From NCBI RefSeq assembly GCF_011386835.1, contig NC_088797.1:40486001-40550000 (forward strand): a stretch of DNA of 64,000 nt, given 5' to 3'. The position numbers and the translations under genes were made by a program. Positions 36,057 through 50,532 of the stretch are shown here, piece after piece. This stretch comes from Chrysemys picta bellii (Eukaryota). How positions within the stretch are numbered: position 1 is the first letter of the stretch; every line of letters begins with the position of its first letter. The notes under the pieces were generated by a model. It ran no database searches. It was not told the origin of the DNA and was given only the letters and a program-made list of their open reading frames with translations.

Positions 36057-37080
36057 AACATAAGAAGTATCTTCTGACAGTGGTCAGGGCCAGATGCTTC
36101 AGAGTGAATGAACAGAACAGGGCAATTTTGAATGATCCATCCCGTCGTCCAGCACCAGCTTCTGGCAGTTGGAGGTTTAAGGACACCTGGAGCATGAAGT
36201 TGCATTCCTGGCCATCTGGATAATAGCCACTGATGGACCTATCCTCCATGAATTTATCTAATTATTGTTTGAACTCAGTTCACAACATCCCCTGGCAACG
36301 AGTTTCACAGGATGACTTCGCACTACTTCCTTTTGTTAGTTTTAAACCTTCTGCCTATTAATTTCATCTGGTGATGACTAGTTCTTGTGTTATATGAAGG
36401 GGTAAGTAGCATTTTCCTATTCACTTTCTCCAAACTATTCATGATTTTATCAACCTCTACCATGTCCCCCCTTAAATGTCGCTTTTCTAAGATGAATGGT
36501 CGCAGTCTTTTTAAACTCTCTTCGTTTGGAAGGTGTTCCATGCCCCTTCTTATTTTCTTTGCCCTTCTCTGTACCTTTTCCAATTCGAATATATCTTTTT
36601 TGAGATAAGGCAACCAGAACTGCACACTGTATTCAAAGTGTGGGCATACCGTGGATTTATATAGTAGCATTATGATATTTTCTGTTTTATTATCTATTCC
36701 TTTCCTAATGGTTCCTAACATTCTGTTCGCTTTTTTGACTGCTGCTGCACATTGAGCAGATGTATTCAGGGAACTATCCACGATGACTCAAAGATCTCCT
36801 TCTTGAGTGGTAACAGCTAATTTAGATCCCACCATTTTGTATGTGTAGTTGTGATTATTGTTTCCAATGTGCATTACTTTGCACTTTTCAGCATTGAATT
36901 TCAGCTGCCATTTTGTTGCCCAGTCACCTTGTTTAGGAAGATCCTTCTGTAATATTTTGCTTTCAGCTTTGGACTTAACTATTTTGAGTCATTTTGTGTC
37001 AACCGCAAATTTTGCCACGTCACTGTTCACTCCTTTGTCCAGATCATTTATGAATACATAGAACAGCACTGGTCTCAGTA
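36057..37080 (-). mobile_element. 5'-truncated CR1 LINE
   Basis: ORF 36323-36781 ([14 protein letters not shown]...VCPHFEYSVQFWLPYLKKD...KRHLRGDM) is the CR1 ORF2 C-terminus. Confidence 0.92.
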
Positions 37081-39130
37081 TTCATGGTCTTTTTACTATG
37101 AAGCTCAAGGGGTGGAAGGTGAAGGGGGAAATGACTCTTATTAAAAAAGGAAAGAGTGTGTTTTTGTTGTCCTAGCACACTGGGAACTAGCTGTTGGTAG
37201 GCTGATGGAGAAACTCATAATAGTCTAAAGTAATCATAGAAATAAAATTGGAGTGCCTCTTCCTAAAGTGGATATCCTAGTTATTAACTGTAAATTTAAT
37301 ATAATCTTTATTCAGTTTTCACAGAAAATAAGTACATCTGTGATAACTGGCAGGGACATATTGTAGCTTTTGGAACAGCAAAGCAGCAAACAACATTAGA
37401 TATCTGAATGTTATCATCTTCCAAGATGCTTACCTTCCAATATCCTCATTGCATATACTTTGATCTTTGCTGATCAGCATTATTAAATATGATTGGAATG
37501 CCTCCCACGTGGCAAAAATCCCAGAAAGAGAAATATGGCCTTGCTTTTGCTGTGTTCATATGCACCAATGAAACAGAGTAGAGGTTGTGATGGTAGTGTC
37601 TTTAAAACTCTCTTGCTTCATACTACTTTTTACAAAATGAAATTGGAGCATTTAGAGAAAATGGTGTCAGGAATAAATACATCAAGACTCAAAGACCAAA
37701 TATTTCAGATTGCAGCTTGCAATCTCGTCAGAAAAGATGTCATGTATTATCAAGCCTACGTGTTTAAAAAGAATATTAGAGGTGGTCCCAACCCAATATA
37801 GCAGATCTGCATTGCTCCATAATTTTGGGTTGTGGATTCTGAACTAGGATCTGCATCCAAATTTAGGGGTTAGTTCCTATCTCTGGATCAGACCAAAAAT
37901 CCCAGCTCCAAACACCCTTGAACTAATGTGCATATAATATACCATGTATGAAATCCACATGTGGACCGTAGTTCCTGTCTAATAATAATGATGCCCTACA
38001 CCTAACAAAAGGGAGCAAACGTTATTCACAGCTTAATCCAAATCACACTCTGATTATATATATAAAAAGCAGGATATGAACCACATTTTTTCCAGTGTTG
38101 CTTCATGAGCTGATAAGCAAAACAGAGTCTGCTTCCAAAATCAAATCCCAGCAGGAACATGGAACTGCCAAACCAGATCTGGCTATTGCACAGCATCTGT
38201 AGTGTAATTGTCAAATGAAATATACATAATATTCCAAAAGCCAGAGCCATAGCAAATGTCATAAGATGCCTTTCCCAATTTATGTAGCCTATCTCCTGTT
38301 TGTGAAATCTAGGGAATGCCATCTGGCTGGTATTTTTCATTACTATTTGCATATTTTATTATACCAACATCGCTGAGAGAAGTAGCATTACAGCACTATA
38401 CAGAGCAGAGAGTCATGTGCTCTCTGATTCTACAGAAAGGCTTTTTACAAGAGCAGCTGCTGATAATATTGATTAAAATTGAAGTCCAAAGACAGCCATA
38501 TCATAGTTTCATGATACTGCATATTTCTTTTTCAGAATCAAGGAGATGTGAAGCTCTGAATATGTGGAAGAAAAAAATATTGACAAATAAAATCCAAAAC
38601 AAGTACCATGTATTAAGTCCTATATCAACATTAGAAGAGTTTGCTTCAAGATTAGAAACCAACACAACTCTCTGAACTAGTCCACTTCTGTCTTAACTCT
38701 CTCTCCACTGTCCAAACATCATTGGGTAAAGTAGTATTTTGGGGAAAAAAACCAAACATAATTATGACACAAAATAAACATTACTAGCCCATTCATGATC
38801 TCTTAGCACATTAACTGTGTTTTATTTAACATGGAGTGCTTTTTTGTAAACTGGGTCGAAAGTGGGTTTTTTAAAATTCAGGAAGGTCATTTAATAATTT
38901 CCCCATAACTGTATTGCTCTCATAACTATTCTGTAATTGTGGGTCATTCTGATATTTGTCTGGTATTTTAAAAATGTAAGAACAAAACTGTAAAGAGAGA
39001 ATGACCCACACTGAAAACATTCTTGCTGTTTCTGTTTCCTTTCTGCTCATCTCACATTGTAAGGAAGAGCCCACGAGATCTTGCCAAGAATTGTTGGTGA
39101 TGGTGATGCTGCTGCCCACCCTAGAACCTT

Positions 39131-39425
39131 TAGCGTAGTATTAATAGGACTCACCTGAGATGTGGGAGACCAAGGTTCAGTTCCCTCTCCAGGCTTCAGA
39201 GTGATGCTCACTCTCTCTCTGGCCCAAGGAAAATTTAAGTATTTATCCACAGTGGAACAGCTTCAACAGGAGAGATTGAGGGAGCCCCCCTTAGCACAAT
39301 GGGCAGAGCCCCTCTTAGCACCTGAGAAAAAGACCCCTGTTCAAATCCTCTCGCCTCCTCAGACAGCGGGGGGAATTAAACCTGAGTCTCCCACATCCCA
39401 AGACAGTGATCTAACCACTGGGCTA
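39131..39425. repeat. Composite element with inverted tRNA-like heads
   Basis: Two degenerate A-box/B-box units facing each other that share GATGTGGGAGAC, plus a third tRNA-like unit at about 39291-39352. Confidence 0.6.
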
Positions 39426-40788
39426 ACAGTTATAAGCAGGGTTTGGCCACCACCACCTCTGGCCTGAATTTGAATGGGATCCGATCCAGTAGCCGGTGAC
39501 TGAGTGTGAGTATCGGATCAGGCCCTGCACATGAGCTAGGCAAACAAATGCCTGTTTTCCCCTGCTCTGTGGATTGCTCTGGGACTTAGACTTGAGACAG
39601 GTGACTGGATGCCTAGAGTGAGGCAGCAATGCAGTTGCCCAAAGGCAGGAGGGAAGTTTTACTTCAAACACATAGGCCCCAAGTGAGTTTAGGTACCAAC
39701 AGTGTTCGGTGGCAGCCTAGCAGGACTTTTGTGGACCACAGTAGAACCTAAAATGGGGACTTAAGTGCCTAAGGACCTTTGTGGATCTGAGCCTCAGGTG
39801 CCTCAGAATGCATTTAGAAGCCTAACATTTGGCACCCAGGTTTGGAATTGTTGGCAACTGTTCACAGATGCCACTGGAAATCTTTATGCAGTCACATAGA
39901 AATCAAATGCACAACTCAAGAAGGTTATTTCTCACACCATTGACTTTCACAGCCATCAAATGGGAACTTTACATGTCCTTACAGGTTTCTGGCTAATTCC
40001 TCTGTGCCTATATTCTGCTTAAGACAGTTAACATTCTTGCGATTCAAGTTCTATTCATAAGAAGACCAGAAGGTATTTTATAATTGGGTTATTCATAATA
40101 ACATGGTAAGACACACTACTCTGCTGTTCCACAGCCAGTGACTTATAGTTATCAGCATGTTCCTCCATGAGGTTACAGTTGCTGTGTATCTGTATGGATA
40201 TCTGGCATGGCATCCATCAGCTCTAGTAAGCTAAGCTTTTTCACTTGAGGTCAAGTCAGTGAATTTCAAGCAAAATACAGCAGATTCCTGCTAACCAGGA
40301 GACCCAACTTATTGTCCTAATAAAACAATTGTCCTGATAAGGGGCCCAATCCTGCTCCCATTGCTAACAGAAGTTTTGCCATTGACTTGGAGAGGCACAG
40401 GGTCATGTCACTAGAAAATAAGTCAGTAAGGAAAAAGTAATGACCATATTGGAAAGTCGGACAATGAAATAATGAATGAATGAGTAAAAATAGACAAACA
40501 GAACAGATTGTCGCTGCATTTCATCTGTATTTATTCTACTTTGGGAACCATCACAGCAAAGGGCTGGTGTGCAGATTTTCACACCTGTTTAACACCCAGT
40601 TAAGCACCTGACTGGCTGAACGTGTCCCCATTTGTTAATATTGTCTCCTGTAAGTAGCAGTCCCTGTCATCCATTCTCCTTAGCACAAGCTGGATCCCTA
40701 GTAGGTGCCCTAAGAGCTGGGTTTACTAATACGTGACTCAGTTAGGCAGTCATCCCGTTCAGTGTTAACTGCTTTAGGGTCCTATACT

Positions 40789-40953
40789 CAGGGTCGGCTC
40801 CAGGCACCAGCGGAGGAAGCGGCACATGCTAAGGGGCGGCATTCCGTTCATTCTTGGGACGGCACAGTCCGGGCGGCTTTTTTTTTTTTCCTTTGGCAGT
40901 TTGGGCTTTTTTTTTTTTTGATTGGGGTGGGGAAAATGGTAGAGCTGGCATTG
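40789..40953. mobile_element. hAT MITE related to the 29762 element
   Basis: CAGGGTCGGCTCCAG start, degenerate right TIR GAGCTGGCATTG, 8-bp TSD CCTATACT. Confidence 0.85.
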
Positions 40954-42419
40954 CCTATACTGGACTGCCTTGAGAGACTTGAAACAATTCATATTCATCT
41001 CTCTCTCTGTATGTGTATGTGTGTATAAGGTGCAACTGAGTTAACAAGGAGCTGAAGGGCCTAATAGGGGAAATATTAAATATGTTGATAATCAATCAGT
41101 AACAAATTAATCAAGAACCAATGATCAATAGCATTTTTAATTGCAATTACAAGTTCAATAAGTAACATTCCCTCAAGTTCAGATTTGTTCAACAACAACT
41201 GACTTGGGATAAGTCAGCTTTGATTGGATGTATTAATCAAACAGTTAGTAAGACAGCACATGCACAGAGAGGCATATAATTAACAAAAGCTGTGGAAGAA
41301 CTTCCCTGTAGTTTCTCACAGCATGTGTCCAGTCTGCTGATGGTCTTTCTTCCTCATAATTTCTTGGGGGTAATTATGTCCTTGTTACCCTTCATTGTTT
41401 ATTATTCTGGCCAGGGCTGTTCTGGCTGCGTAGGGCACCCAAAAATTTGGGGTACCCCTGGGTCTTAGTGTCCACCCTCACACTAGTTCCTATCTCTGTT
41501 CTGACCCTTCCTGCAGGCTCCCAACACAGCTGGCTGCTGCAGCTTGGTGAGTCTTCTTCCAGAGGGGATATAGTACTTAAAAGTGAAAAAGCCTGCCAGA
41601 CCTATTAGCACAATATTGAAACTGTTAAAGGGCCATTCAAGTGGTAATGAAGCCATTTAACAGACATTTGCCAACCTCCAGGTATATACTGTCAGTTTCT
41701 GAATTTACTGACAAAAACTGTTGTGCATTACTGTAATATTTACTTTACTCAGAACATGTTAGTCTACAGGACCTTAGTTTAAAATTTGTTTTAAAAATAT
41801 TTAATTAGTGTGTTACTGAAGATTATAAAATCACATATCTAAAAAATCCTTGGATAGATTTTTAGATGCACAATCTGAGTATTCATCTTTAGCCTTAAAT
41901 GCTTGGATCTTCAGACATATAGTTTTTTAAATAAATCCTTCAAAAGACCACCCTGATCTAAAATACACATGTAAGCTTGGGCTGTCATCAGTCATAGGGG
42001 CACCAATATCACAAGTTTTCTGAGTGAACCTGGGATGATTCATGGTTTAGCTCCAAACCAGGTGGAAACATGGACATTTCAACTAACCTTCACTTTTATT
42101 TTTAGTTCATTGAAATCAAACTAAGCAAAAACTCAACAGGTGTTTCCAAAGTTCCCTGTTTCACTGCAACTTTCCACCTGTCTCAACACCTGCTAGTTAG
42201 TCCTTTCATATGCCCTTTACTGGATATTGTAATCCATTACAAATCTTGGAGTTACTATATTGTAAAAATACATTTCAAAATAGGTTAAGGGTTACTACAC
42301 AATGAAATTCCATTCTTCATTAGACATCTTTATCTTAACTGCAAAGCAGCATGGGAGGCTTGTGCTCCAGCAAGCCCTAAAACCTTTCTTGGACTATCTT
42401 AAGTGTGAACAAATAATTA

Positions 42420-42910
<491 letters not shown>

Positions 42911-43005
42911 TCTTGCTACATATTTGTACAGCCCCCAGCACAGTGCAGCCCTGATCAAAGTAGGGATGACTAAGTCCTACTATAATACATATAACAATAC
43001 GTTTA

Positions 43006-43110
<105 letters not shown>

Positions 43111-43223
43111 CTAATTGCAGAAAGCAAATTTTTTTTACTATGCGTAGATGTACACTTTGATGGCTGCTTAGATACTTTGTTAATGGTGAGCAATTAGCAT
43201 GGAACTTTGGTTTACAAGAATTA

Positions 43224-43367
<144 letters not shown>

Positions 43368-44161
43368 CTAATAGAAAGAAACAAGGAATTGTAAGCATGG
43401 AGTTAGAATGGGCTCTTTACATTAACTTTCAATAGCTTTAGCTACTTGCTTCACAAGAATACAGTGATAGGAACCCAGATTTGTTTTTCAATCCGGAATG
43501 CTGGGCAAGGGTCAAATTTGGTGGGGAAGTGATGGTATACTGCTCTTTATTCCCACATACCAGGTCCAGAATCCTCTACTCACCAAATGTAAATAACACC
43601 CCCCTCCAACTGCTCTGCCACCTGCTCTTAGGGCCAGAGGCTGGGGAGAGGTCAGGGTTGCCCCTGAGGCACTGGTTCACACTGCTCTTGTCCTCATTAC
43701 TGGCAGTGTGAGCACCAGTGTTGCCATGCAGAGCTCAGCCTGGAGGAGAGCACCATATGGCTCTGTTCTTCCCATCCCATGAGCTCTATCCCTGATAGCA
43801 GAGATCTGCTCCTACATCAGGGAGAGGGGAGAAGTGGAAGACATTTGTTGGTGACAGAATTGCCCTGCATTGGTTCTTGACATCATCTGACTTCCAAAAG
43901 CCCTGGGATAGGTTGTTGTGAAGTCAGGCCACAAAAATGGATTGGCTGCCTCCTGGGAAAGTATGAAAGGAGGAGGAGAAGGGGAATTCTGGATGGCAGC
44001 CATTTCTTTTGAACAGGCTAAGTCCAACTATCAGCTTAACCTGAAAGTGGAGAGTGAGAAGAAGGCTTTCAATTGGTCACATCAAAATTTATGTGCGAAA
44101 TTCACTTCAGTGCCGTATGGTAACATCACTAGAGTGGAGTCTGAATCTGACAGCTACACTA

Positions 44162-44441
44162 TGGTTATGTCTACACTATCGCTGTATGCTCCAATGATTG
44201 ATGCACCCGGGGTTGATTTAGCGGGGTCTAGTGAAGACCCTCTAAATTGATGGCAGAGCTCTCTCTGGTCAACCCCGGTATTCCACCCTGAACAAGAAGA
44301 GTAAGGTAAGTCAATGAGAGAGTGTCTCCTGTCGACCCAGTGCTGTGTAGACACCGCAGTAAGTCGACCTAAGCTACTTGAAAAACGTAGCTGGAGTTGC
44401 ATAACTTAGGTTAACTTACTGCAGTAGTGTAGACATAGCCC
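44162..44441. mobile_element. Harbinger-like MITE
   Basis: TIRs GGTTATGTCTACACTA / TAGTGTAGACATAGCC. Confidence 0.8.
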
Positions 44442-44527
44442 TAGTTCTCTCTTCAGATAAGTGGTAAATCATCTGAATGTCATCTTCAGTCTATATATGA
44501 AGGGAGCATAAGTGATCTCTCTCCTGC

Positions 44528-45222
44528 CATCCATCTCCACCCTCTGACAAACAGAGGCTAGGGACACCATTCCTTACCCATCCTGGCTAACAGCCATGAA
44601 TTTATCCAGTTCTCTTTTAAACACTGTTATAGCCCTAGCCTTCACAACCTTCTCAGGCAAGGAGTTCCACAAGTTGACTGTGCGCTGTGTGAAGAAGAAC
44701 TTCCTTTTATTTGTTTTAAACCAAGTTGACTGTGCGCTGTGTGAAGAAGAACTTCCTTTTATTTGTTTTAAACCTGCTGCCCATTAATTTCATTTGGTGG
44801 CCCCTAGTTCTTGTATTATGGGAATAAGTAAATAACTTTTCCTTATCTACTTTCTCCACATCACTCATGATTTTATATACCTTTAGCATATCCTCCCTTA
44901 GTCTCCTCCTTTCCAAGCTGAAAAGTCCTAGCCTCTTTAATCTCTCCTCATATGGGATCCGTTCCAAACCTCTAATCATTTTAATTGTCCTTCTCTGAAC
45001 CTCTTCTAGTGCCAGTATATCTTTTTTGAGATGAGGAGACCACATCTGTATGCAGTATTCAAGATGTGGGCGTACCATCGATTTATATAAGGGCAATAAT
45101 ATATTTTCCGTCTTATTCTCTATCCCCTTTTTAATGATTCCTAACATCCTGTTTGCTTTTTTGACTGCCTCTGCACACTGTGTGGACGTTTTCAGAGAAC
45201 TATCCACGATGACTCCAAGATC
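44528..45222 (-). mobile_element. 5'-truncated CR1 LINE with an internal 52-bp tandem duplication
   Basis: ORF 44716-45252 contains the CR1 ORF2 C-terminus ([15 protein letters not shown]...[18 protein letters not shown]). Confidence 0.93.
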
Positions 45223-46384
45223 CAAGGGAGCAGACGTGCACTCAACAGTCACTAAATTAGCTCCTTTCAGTTATCTGTATTTTGCTGCTGAATGATCGTG
45301 TTTTATATCTTGTTGGTGTGCCAAATCCTGGTCCCCTGCACAAAGGCCAATGTCCTATGTGGGAATTGATGGTGTAGAATCCTGAACCCCAACCCAGCAG
45401 TAGACTGCATCTGCTGCTACAGACAATGAGCTACAGCAGCACATACCTCCATGGCACTTCTTCCCAAGACTTGCTAATTTGGAGAGGTGTTTTTTAATCA
45501 CAAAAGGGGTAGTGGGCACAACATAAAAACACAGTGAAGCCCAAGGGTCTATTCTAAATGCTGTTCCCAGTCCCAGGCCATCCCCAGGGAAGTAGGGAGG
45601 GAGTAGTCCTTACCTTCCCTGCAGCACGACAGCAATTTTGTCTGGCCCCAGCAAGGGCTGTGCAAGGGGGAAAGGATCTTTGTACCCTTTCCAACCTAGT
45701 GTGCAGCTGCATAAAGGCCAGGCCTTAGAATTATACTGTAGCTACATTTCAAATGCATGTAGTTAATGTACAGTGAATGTTGTTTTTGGTAAATACACTG
45801 CAATTATATTACTATCACCAGCGGATATTCACAATATAGGTATATAGTAATGAGAATACAGGAGTATTGGAAAGCATATGTCCTAGTGGCAGAGTTATGG
45901 TTTAACATAAAGACTTAATTGTCTAGAATGGGATTTATAAGTATTGATGGTCACAGAAGACCCTGAATGATAATATCCAAACTGTTGCATGTTTCAATTT
46001 TTTTTGGCCTGATTCTCATTTATTCGAAGGCTGTTTTAACCTGCCCTGGCAAGGTAAAGGGGCCTCAAACCTTAGGGTAGCTAAGAATTAAGTCCTTAAA
46101 CTATAACCTCTTCCCCAACACCCGCCACACACAGAGCTGCTTCATTAAGCAAGGACTTACTTGTTGATCCAAAGTATGAAGTTGTGAATTTCTTCTTACA
46201 CACAGGATTTTGTGCAAAGTACATGTGACAGGTACAGGTACATTACTAAACATATTGGGCCAGATTCACCAACTGTGGTGCAGGGAGGTGTACATCACAT
46301 CTGCATCCATTTTACATGATTTTAAATTGACCCATTTTTCGTGAAGCTTTTCATTATTTTTGTATGGACATTTTTAGTCATTGT

Positions 46385-46635
46385 TTGCAGTGCTGTTGTA
46401 GCTGTGTTGGTTCCAGGAGATGAATGGGCAATTGCCCACTTCATTTTAAGTGGAGTTCTATAACATGTGTGAACCTCTTATGCTGAACTAGTTGTCCCAT
46501 CTTGCATTTAGCTTGGAGACTATAATTGCTTTCTCCAGACCTGGGGAAATGCTCTGTGAAGCTTGAAAGCTTGCCCCTTCCACCAACAGAGGTTGATGCC
46601 TCAAAAGATATTCCCTCACCAATCAGGTCTCTCTC
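46385..46635. mobile_element. Decayed Penelope-like fragment
   Basis: ccagacctggggaaatgctctgtgaagcttgaaagcttg...accaacagaggttgatgcctcaaaagatattccctcacc, with a degenerate hammerhead-like core. Confidence 0.55.
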
Positions 46636-46906
46636 TCGCTCTCATTTTTAGTAATTATCAAGTAATTTTTGAGTAATTATCAAAACCCTTCAAACACTGT
46701 TACAAAATGCTTTACAAAGAAATCCAGGGCAAAAAAAATGGAAGATTTTAAACTTTGTAGTAGGGCAGCATTCAATATCTCAGAGGCATTTTCCAGAAAG
46801 ATGGCTGTCACTAGTACATCTTGCCTTACGAATTTTAAAAATACTTGGTTGAGCAAAATAGACATAGTTTTAGTTTAAGAGCACTTACAACAGTTCTAAA
46901 TCTTAC

Positions 46907-47039
46907 CTTTCCTGTCCAGCCTACCCCCTTCCAGATGCAAAAATACACTAGAATCCAGGCAATTGCCAGTGTAATCGCTAATGGCCATCGGATTTGCCCT
47001 GGCTTTTCCAGTCCATCTGTCATTTGGTGCATGTTGCGT
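46907..47039 (-). CDS. SLC6A1: GAT-1 coding exon 5 (133 nt)
   Basis: [44 protein letters not shown]. Donor AAG|GTAAGA. Confidence 0.97.
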
Positions 47040-47168
47040 CTAGAATCAGCAAAAAGAATGGCGCATTGGACAACTGCTTATTCTGAAGTGAGTATGTATA
47101 TGTATAACAACAAGCTGAACTATGTATATGCACACAAATGATGTATAGAGAGATTCTGCTCAGCTTAC

Positions 47169-47278
47169 TCCCAAAATTCGACCACAGCACTTGTCATGTT
47201 GGTGGTATTTACTATACTGTAATTGGAGAAACAGCGCTCTGTGTTCCATGCATTTCCACATTGTCTCCAAGGAAGAGT
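47169..47278 (-). CDS. SLC6A1: GAT-1 coding exon 4 (110 nt), extracellular loop 2
   Basis: [36 protein letters not shown], with the EL2 cysteine pair and three N-glycosylation sequons. Donor GA|GTAAGC. Confidence 0.97.
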
Positions 47279-48346
47279 CTATTTAAAAAGAAAAAATATG
47301 AGTCAAGCTACTAAAAATGTTTTACAAGTAAACATTACCTCAGGTATATTCTCTTACTAGGAATGACAGCTGATTCGAAAGCTAATGTAGGTTGAGTTCT
47401 GCACTGCACGTATATCCCTGGGGGAATGTCTGCCATAAAAGTTATTTAACTTCTTCTCTATCATATGAATCAAATGTGAAAATGTTTCCTCCTTTCTTCA
47501 CCATATCAGGCAAAAATGTTTCAGAATCAGCTATGCCTCTCAAAATGTGAGAGTGTATTGACAGTTCTTTAAGCTATGGCTGCTCTGGAGAGGAGCTCAA
47601 GAGTCCTTGTTACATTAAAGGTAATGAAATGTGACTATTATTGAGCACACCATATCCAAAGGTTTCAGTTTTCCTCTCAGACTGAGGAGGAGAGATGTTT
47701 ACAGGAACTTGAACTACAATTGCTATTTTCCAGTGGCATTTTATACAACAGTGTTCCTTACTTTAAGAATGAATGTTTTGATAAAAACCAGAATCTAATG
47801 ACTGAATATCTGTGCAAGTAATTTTGGACAACGCTGATGTCAATAAAATATAAACCCTGTTGATAGTCATACTTTTGGAAGCCAGTGATTTTATATATTG
47901 TTGCAGACTATTGCACAAGTTACAGCACACAAAGTGAGTTTATCAGAGACTTCATGGGAATTGAAAGTCAAAATACTCCAATTTAGACCCCAATCCTACA
48001 CTCCTAACATATATCAGACTACCAACAACTTTGTTTCATGAAGAACATGTTATGCAAAATCCAGAAAATGTTATGTGCAAATAGAATATAGTCACAAACA
48101 AAGAAACTTGGTTCTTTAAGAGGGCCAATTTCCCAGATCTGAAAGCAATCTTGAGCATAATTGAGTGGGAGGAAAAAATAAAAGTGTGAATAATACTTGG
48201 GAATTGTTTAAGAACGCTTTAAGAAAATGTTTAAGAAAGCTGAAAGGTATCAATGACAAAAAATCTATGGCCAGTAAGGTTAAGGAAAATAGGAAGAAAT
48301 TCTTTAAATGCATCATCAACTAACAAAATCCTAATATTGGTATTGA

Positions 48347-49678
48347 ATCATAATCTCATAGAAACATAGGGTTAGAAGGGACTTTAAGGGTCATATAGTG
48401 GCCAAGACGAAGGATTTGTTGTGTCTAAACCATCCAAGACAGATGGCTATCCAGCCTCTTTTTGAAAACCTCCAGTGAAGGAACTTCCACGACTTCCCTA
48501 GACAGTCTGTTCCATTGTTCTATTGGTTTTACAGTTAGGAAGTTTTTCCTGAGATTTAATCTAAATCCGCTATGCTATAATTTGAACCCATTGCCTCTTG
48601 TCCTGCCCTCTGTGGCAAAAGAGAACAATTTTTCTCCATCTTTCTAATGGCAGCCTTTCAAGTATTTTAAGATTGCTATTGTGGCCCCCCTTAATCTCCT
48701 CTTTTCCAAACTAACAATACCCAGTTCTTCCAGCCTTTGCTCATATGGCTGCATTCCATCCTTTTGCTCATACTGTTGCCCACCTCTGGATCCTTTCCAG
48801 TTTCTCTATGTCCTTTTTATACAGCGGTGACCAAAATTGAACACAGTACTCCAGCTGAGGCCTAACTGGCGCCAAGTAGAGTGGTACTATCACCGCCCAT
48901 GACTTGCATGCTATGCCTCTGTTACTGCAACCCAAAATTGCATTTGATTTTTTTTACAACAGCATTGCATTGTTGATTCATGTTGAGGTTGTGATCCATC
49001 ACAACTTCCAGATCCTTCTCAGCAGTGCTGCTGCCAAGCCAGTTATTCCACATTCTGTATTTGTGCATTTGGTTTATCTTCCCTAAGTGTAGCACCTTAC
49101 ATTTGCCTTTGTTGAATTTCATTTTGTTGTTTATAGCCCAGTTCTCCAATTTATCAAGATCCCTTTCAACTTTAGTTCTATACCCCAAAATGTTTGCAAC
49201 CTCCCCTAGCTTTGTGCCATTTGCAAATTTGATCAGTGTGCTTTCTATTCCTATATCCAGGTCATTAATAAAGATATTAAATAACACTGGACCCAGAACA
49301 GATCTCTGTGGAACCCCACTTAAGACCTCTCTCCAATCTGACATCATTCCATTAATAGTTACTCTTTGTTTGTGGCTGTATAACCAATTATGTATCCACT
49401 TAACGGTAGTTCTGCTGAACCACCATTTCTTCAGCTTACTTATAAGAATGTCATGTGGGACTGTATCAAAAGTCTTGCTAAAGTCCAGGTATATTATGTC
49501 CACTGCATTCCCCCTATCACCAAACCAGTTACCTTGTCAAAGAAGAAAATCCAGCTGGTTTGGCATGATTTGTTATTAAATGCATGCTGGCTGCTAGTGA
49601 TCACTCCTTCATCCTCCAACTATTTGCAAATGGAATGTTTTATACATTGCTCTAGTAGCTTCCCAGGTATCGAGGTCA
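48347..49678 (-). mobile_element. CR1 LINE (RT and 3' tail)
   Basis: ORF 48922-49503 (DIIYLDFSKTFDTVPH...SGVPQRSVLGPVLFNIFINDL...IKFANGTKL); the tail tcatagaaacatagg is on the plus strand. Confidence 0.94.
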
Positions 49679-49808
49679 ATATTATATTTGTTCAATATTA
49701 GATAAGGATGGTAAAATTGTCTATCATGAATGAAAAAAGAAGACGTTTCAATAAATATTTATGATCTGTATTTGTAAAGAAGCAGGATGCTGTATTCACA
49801 TCTTACAG

Positions 49809-50026
49809 CAGGGGTTCTCAAACTGGGGGTCGGGAACTCTCAGGGGGTTGCGAGATTATTACATGGGAGGTAGCAAGCTGTCAGCCTCCACCCCAAACCC
49901 TGCTTTGCCTCCAGCATTTATAATGGTGTTAAATATATAAAAAAGTGTTTTTAATTTATTAGGAGGTCACACTCAGAGGCTTGCTATGTGAAAGGGGTCA
50001 CCAGTACAAAAGTTTGAGAACCACTG
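49809..50026 (+). mobile_element. hAT (Charlie-like) MITE, 218 bp
   Basis: TIR CAGGGGTTCTCAAACT / AGTTTGAGAACCACTG; 8-bp TSD TCTTACAG. Confidence 0.93.
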
Positions 50027-50532
50027 TCTTACAGCGATAAGGAAATTCTTTCTATTCCATTAGTAAATGGAAAGGATGTTAAACAGAAACTGTTAAAGTC
50101 AAACATTTTTAAATCAACAGGACACCCATAAGTATTAAAAGAATTGGCTGAGGGGCTCTCTGAATCACTAAAATTAATTGTTAATAAATCTTGGAACACT
50201 GGGAAAGTTCCAGAGGACTGGAAAAAACTTCATGTTGCACCAATATTTTAGAAGAGTTAATGGGATGACCTAGGATATTACAGGCTGGTTGGCCTGATAT
50301 AAATGCCGGGAAAGATCATAAAAAGACTGATATGGGATGCAAGCAGTAAAGAAATAAAGGACAGTCAACAGATTTGATGCCTTTTTGAGATTACAGTTTT
50401 GCTTGATTAAGGCTGCTGTATTAACTTAATAGACTTAGACTTTTGTGAAACATTTGACTTAGTCCCATAAAAATATCAGCACTATGCAAAATCAGTATAG
50501 TGCAAATTAAATGGCTCAATAACTGGTTAGCT

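Noticed and set aside
46159-46245. Strong minus-strand donor (CAA|GTAAGTC) suggesting an extra SLC6A1 exon
   Set aside because: The 14 exons already give the full 599-aa protein. The candidate has a weak acceptor, appears not to preserve the frame and shows no SLC6 similarity.
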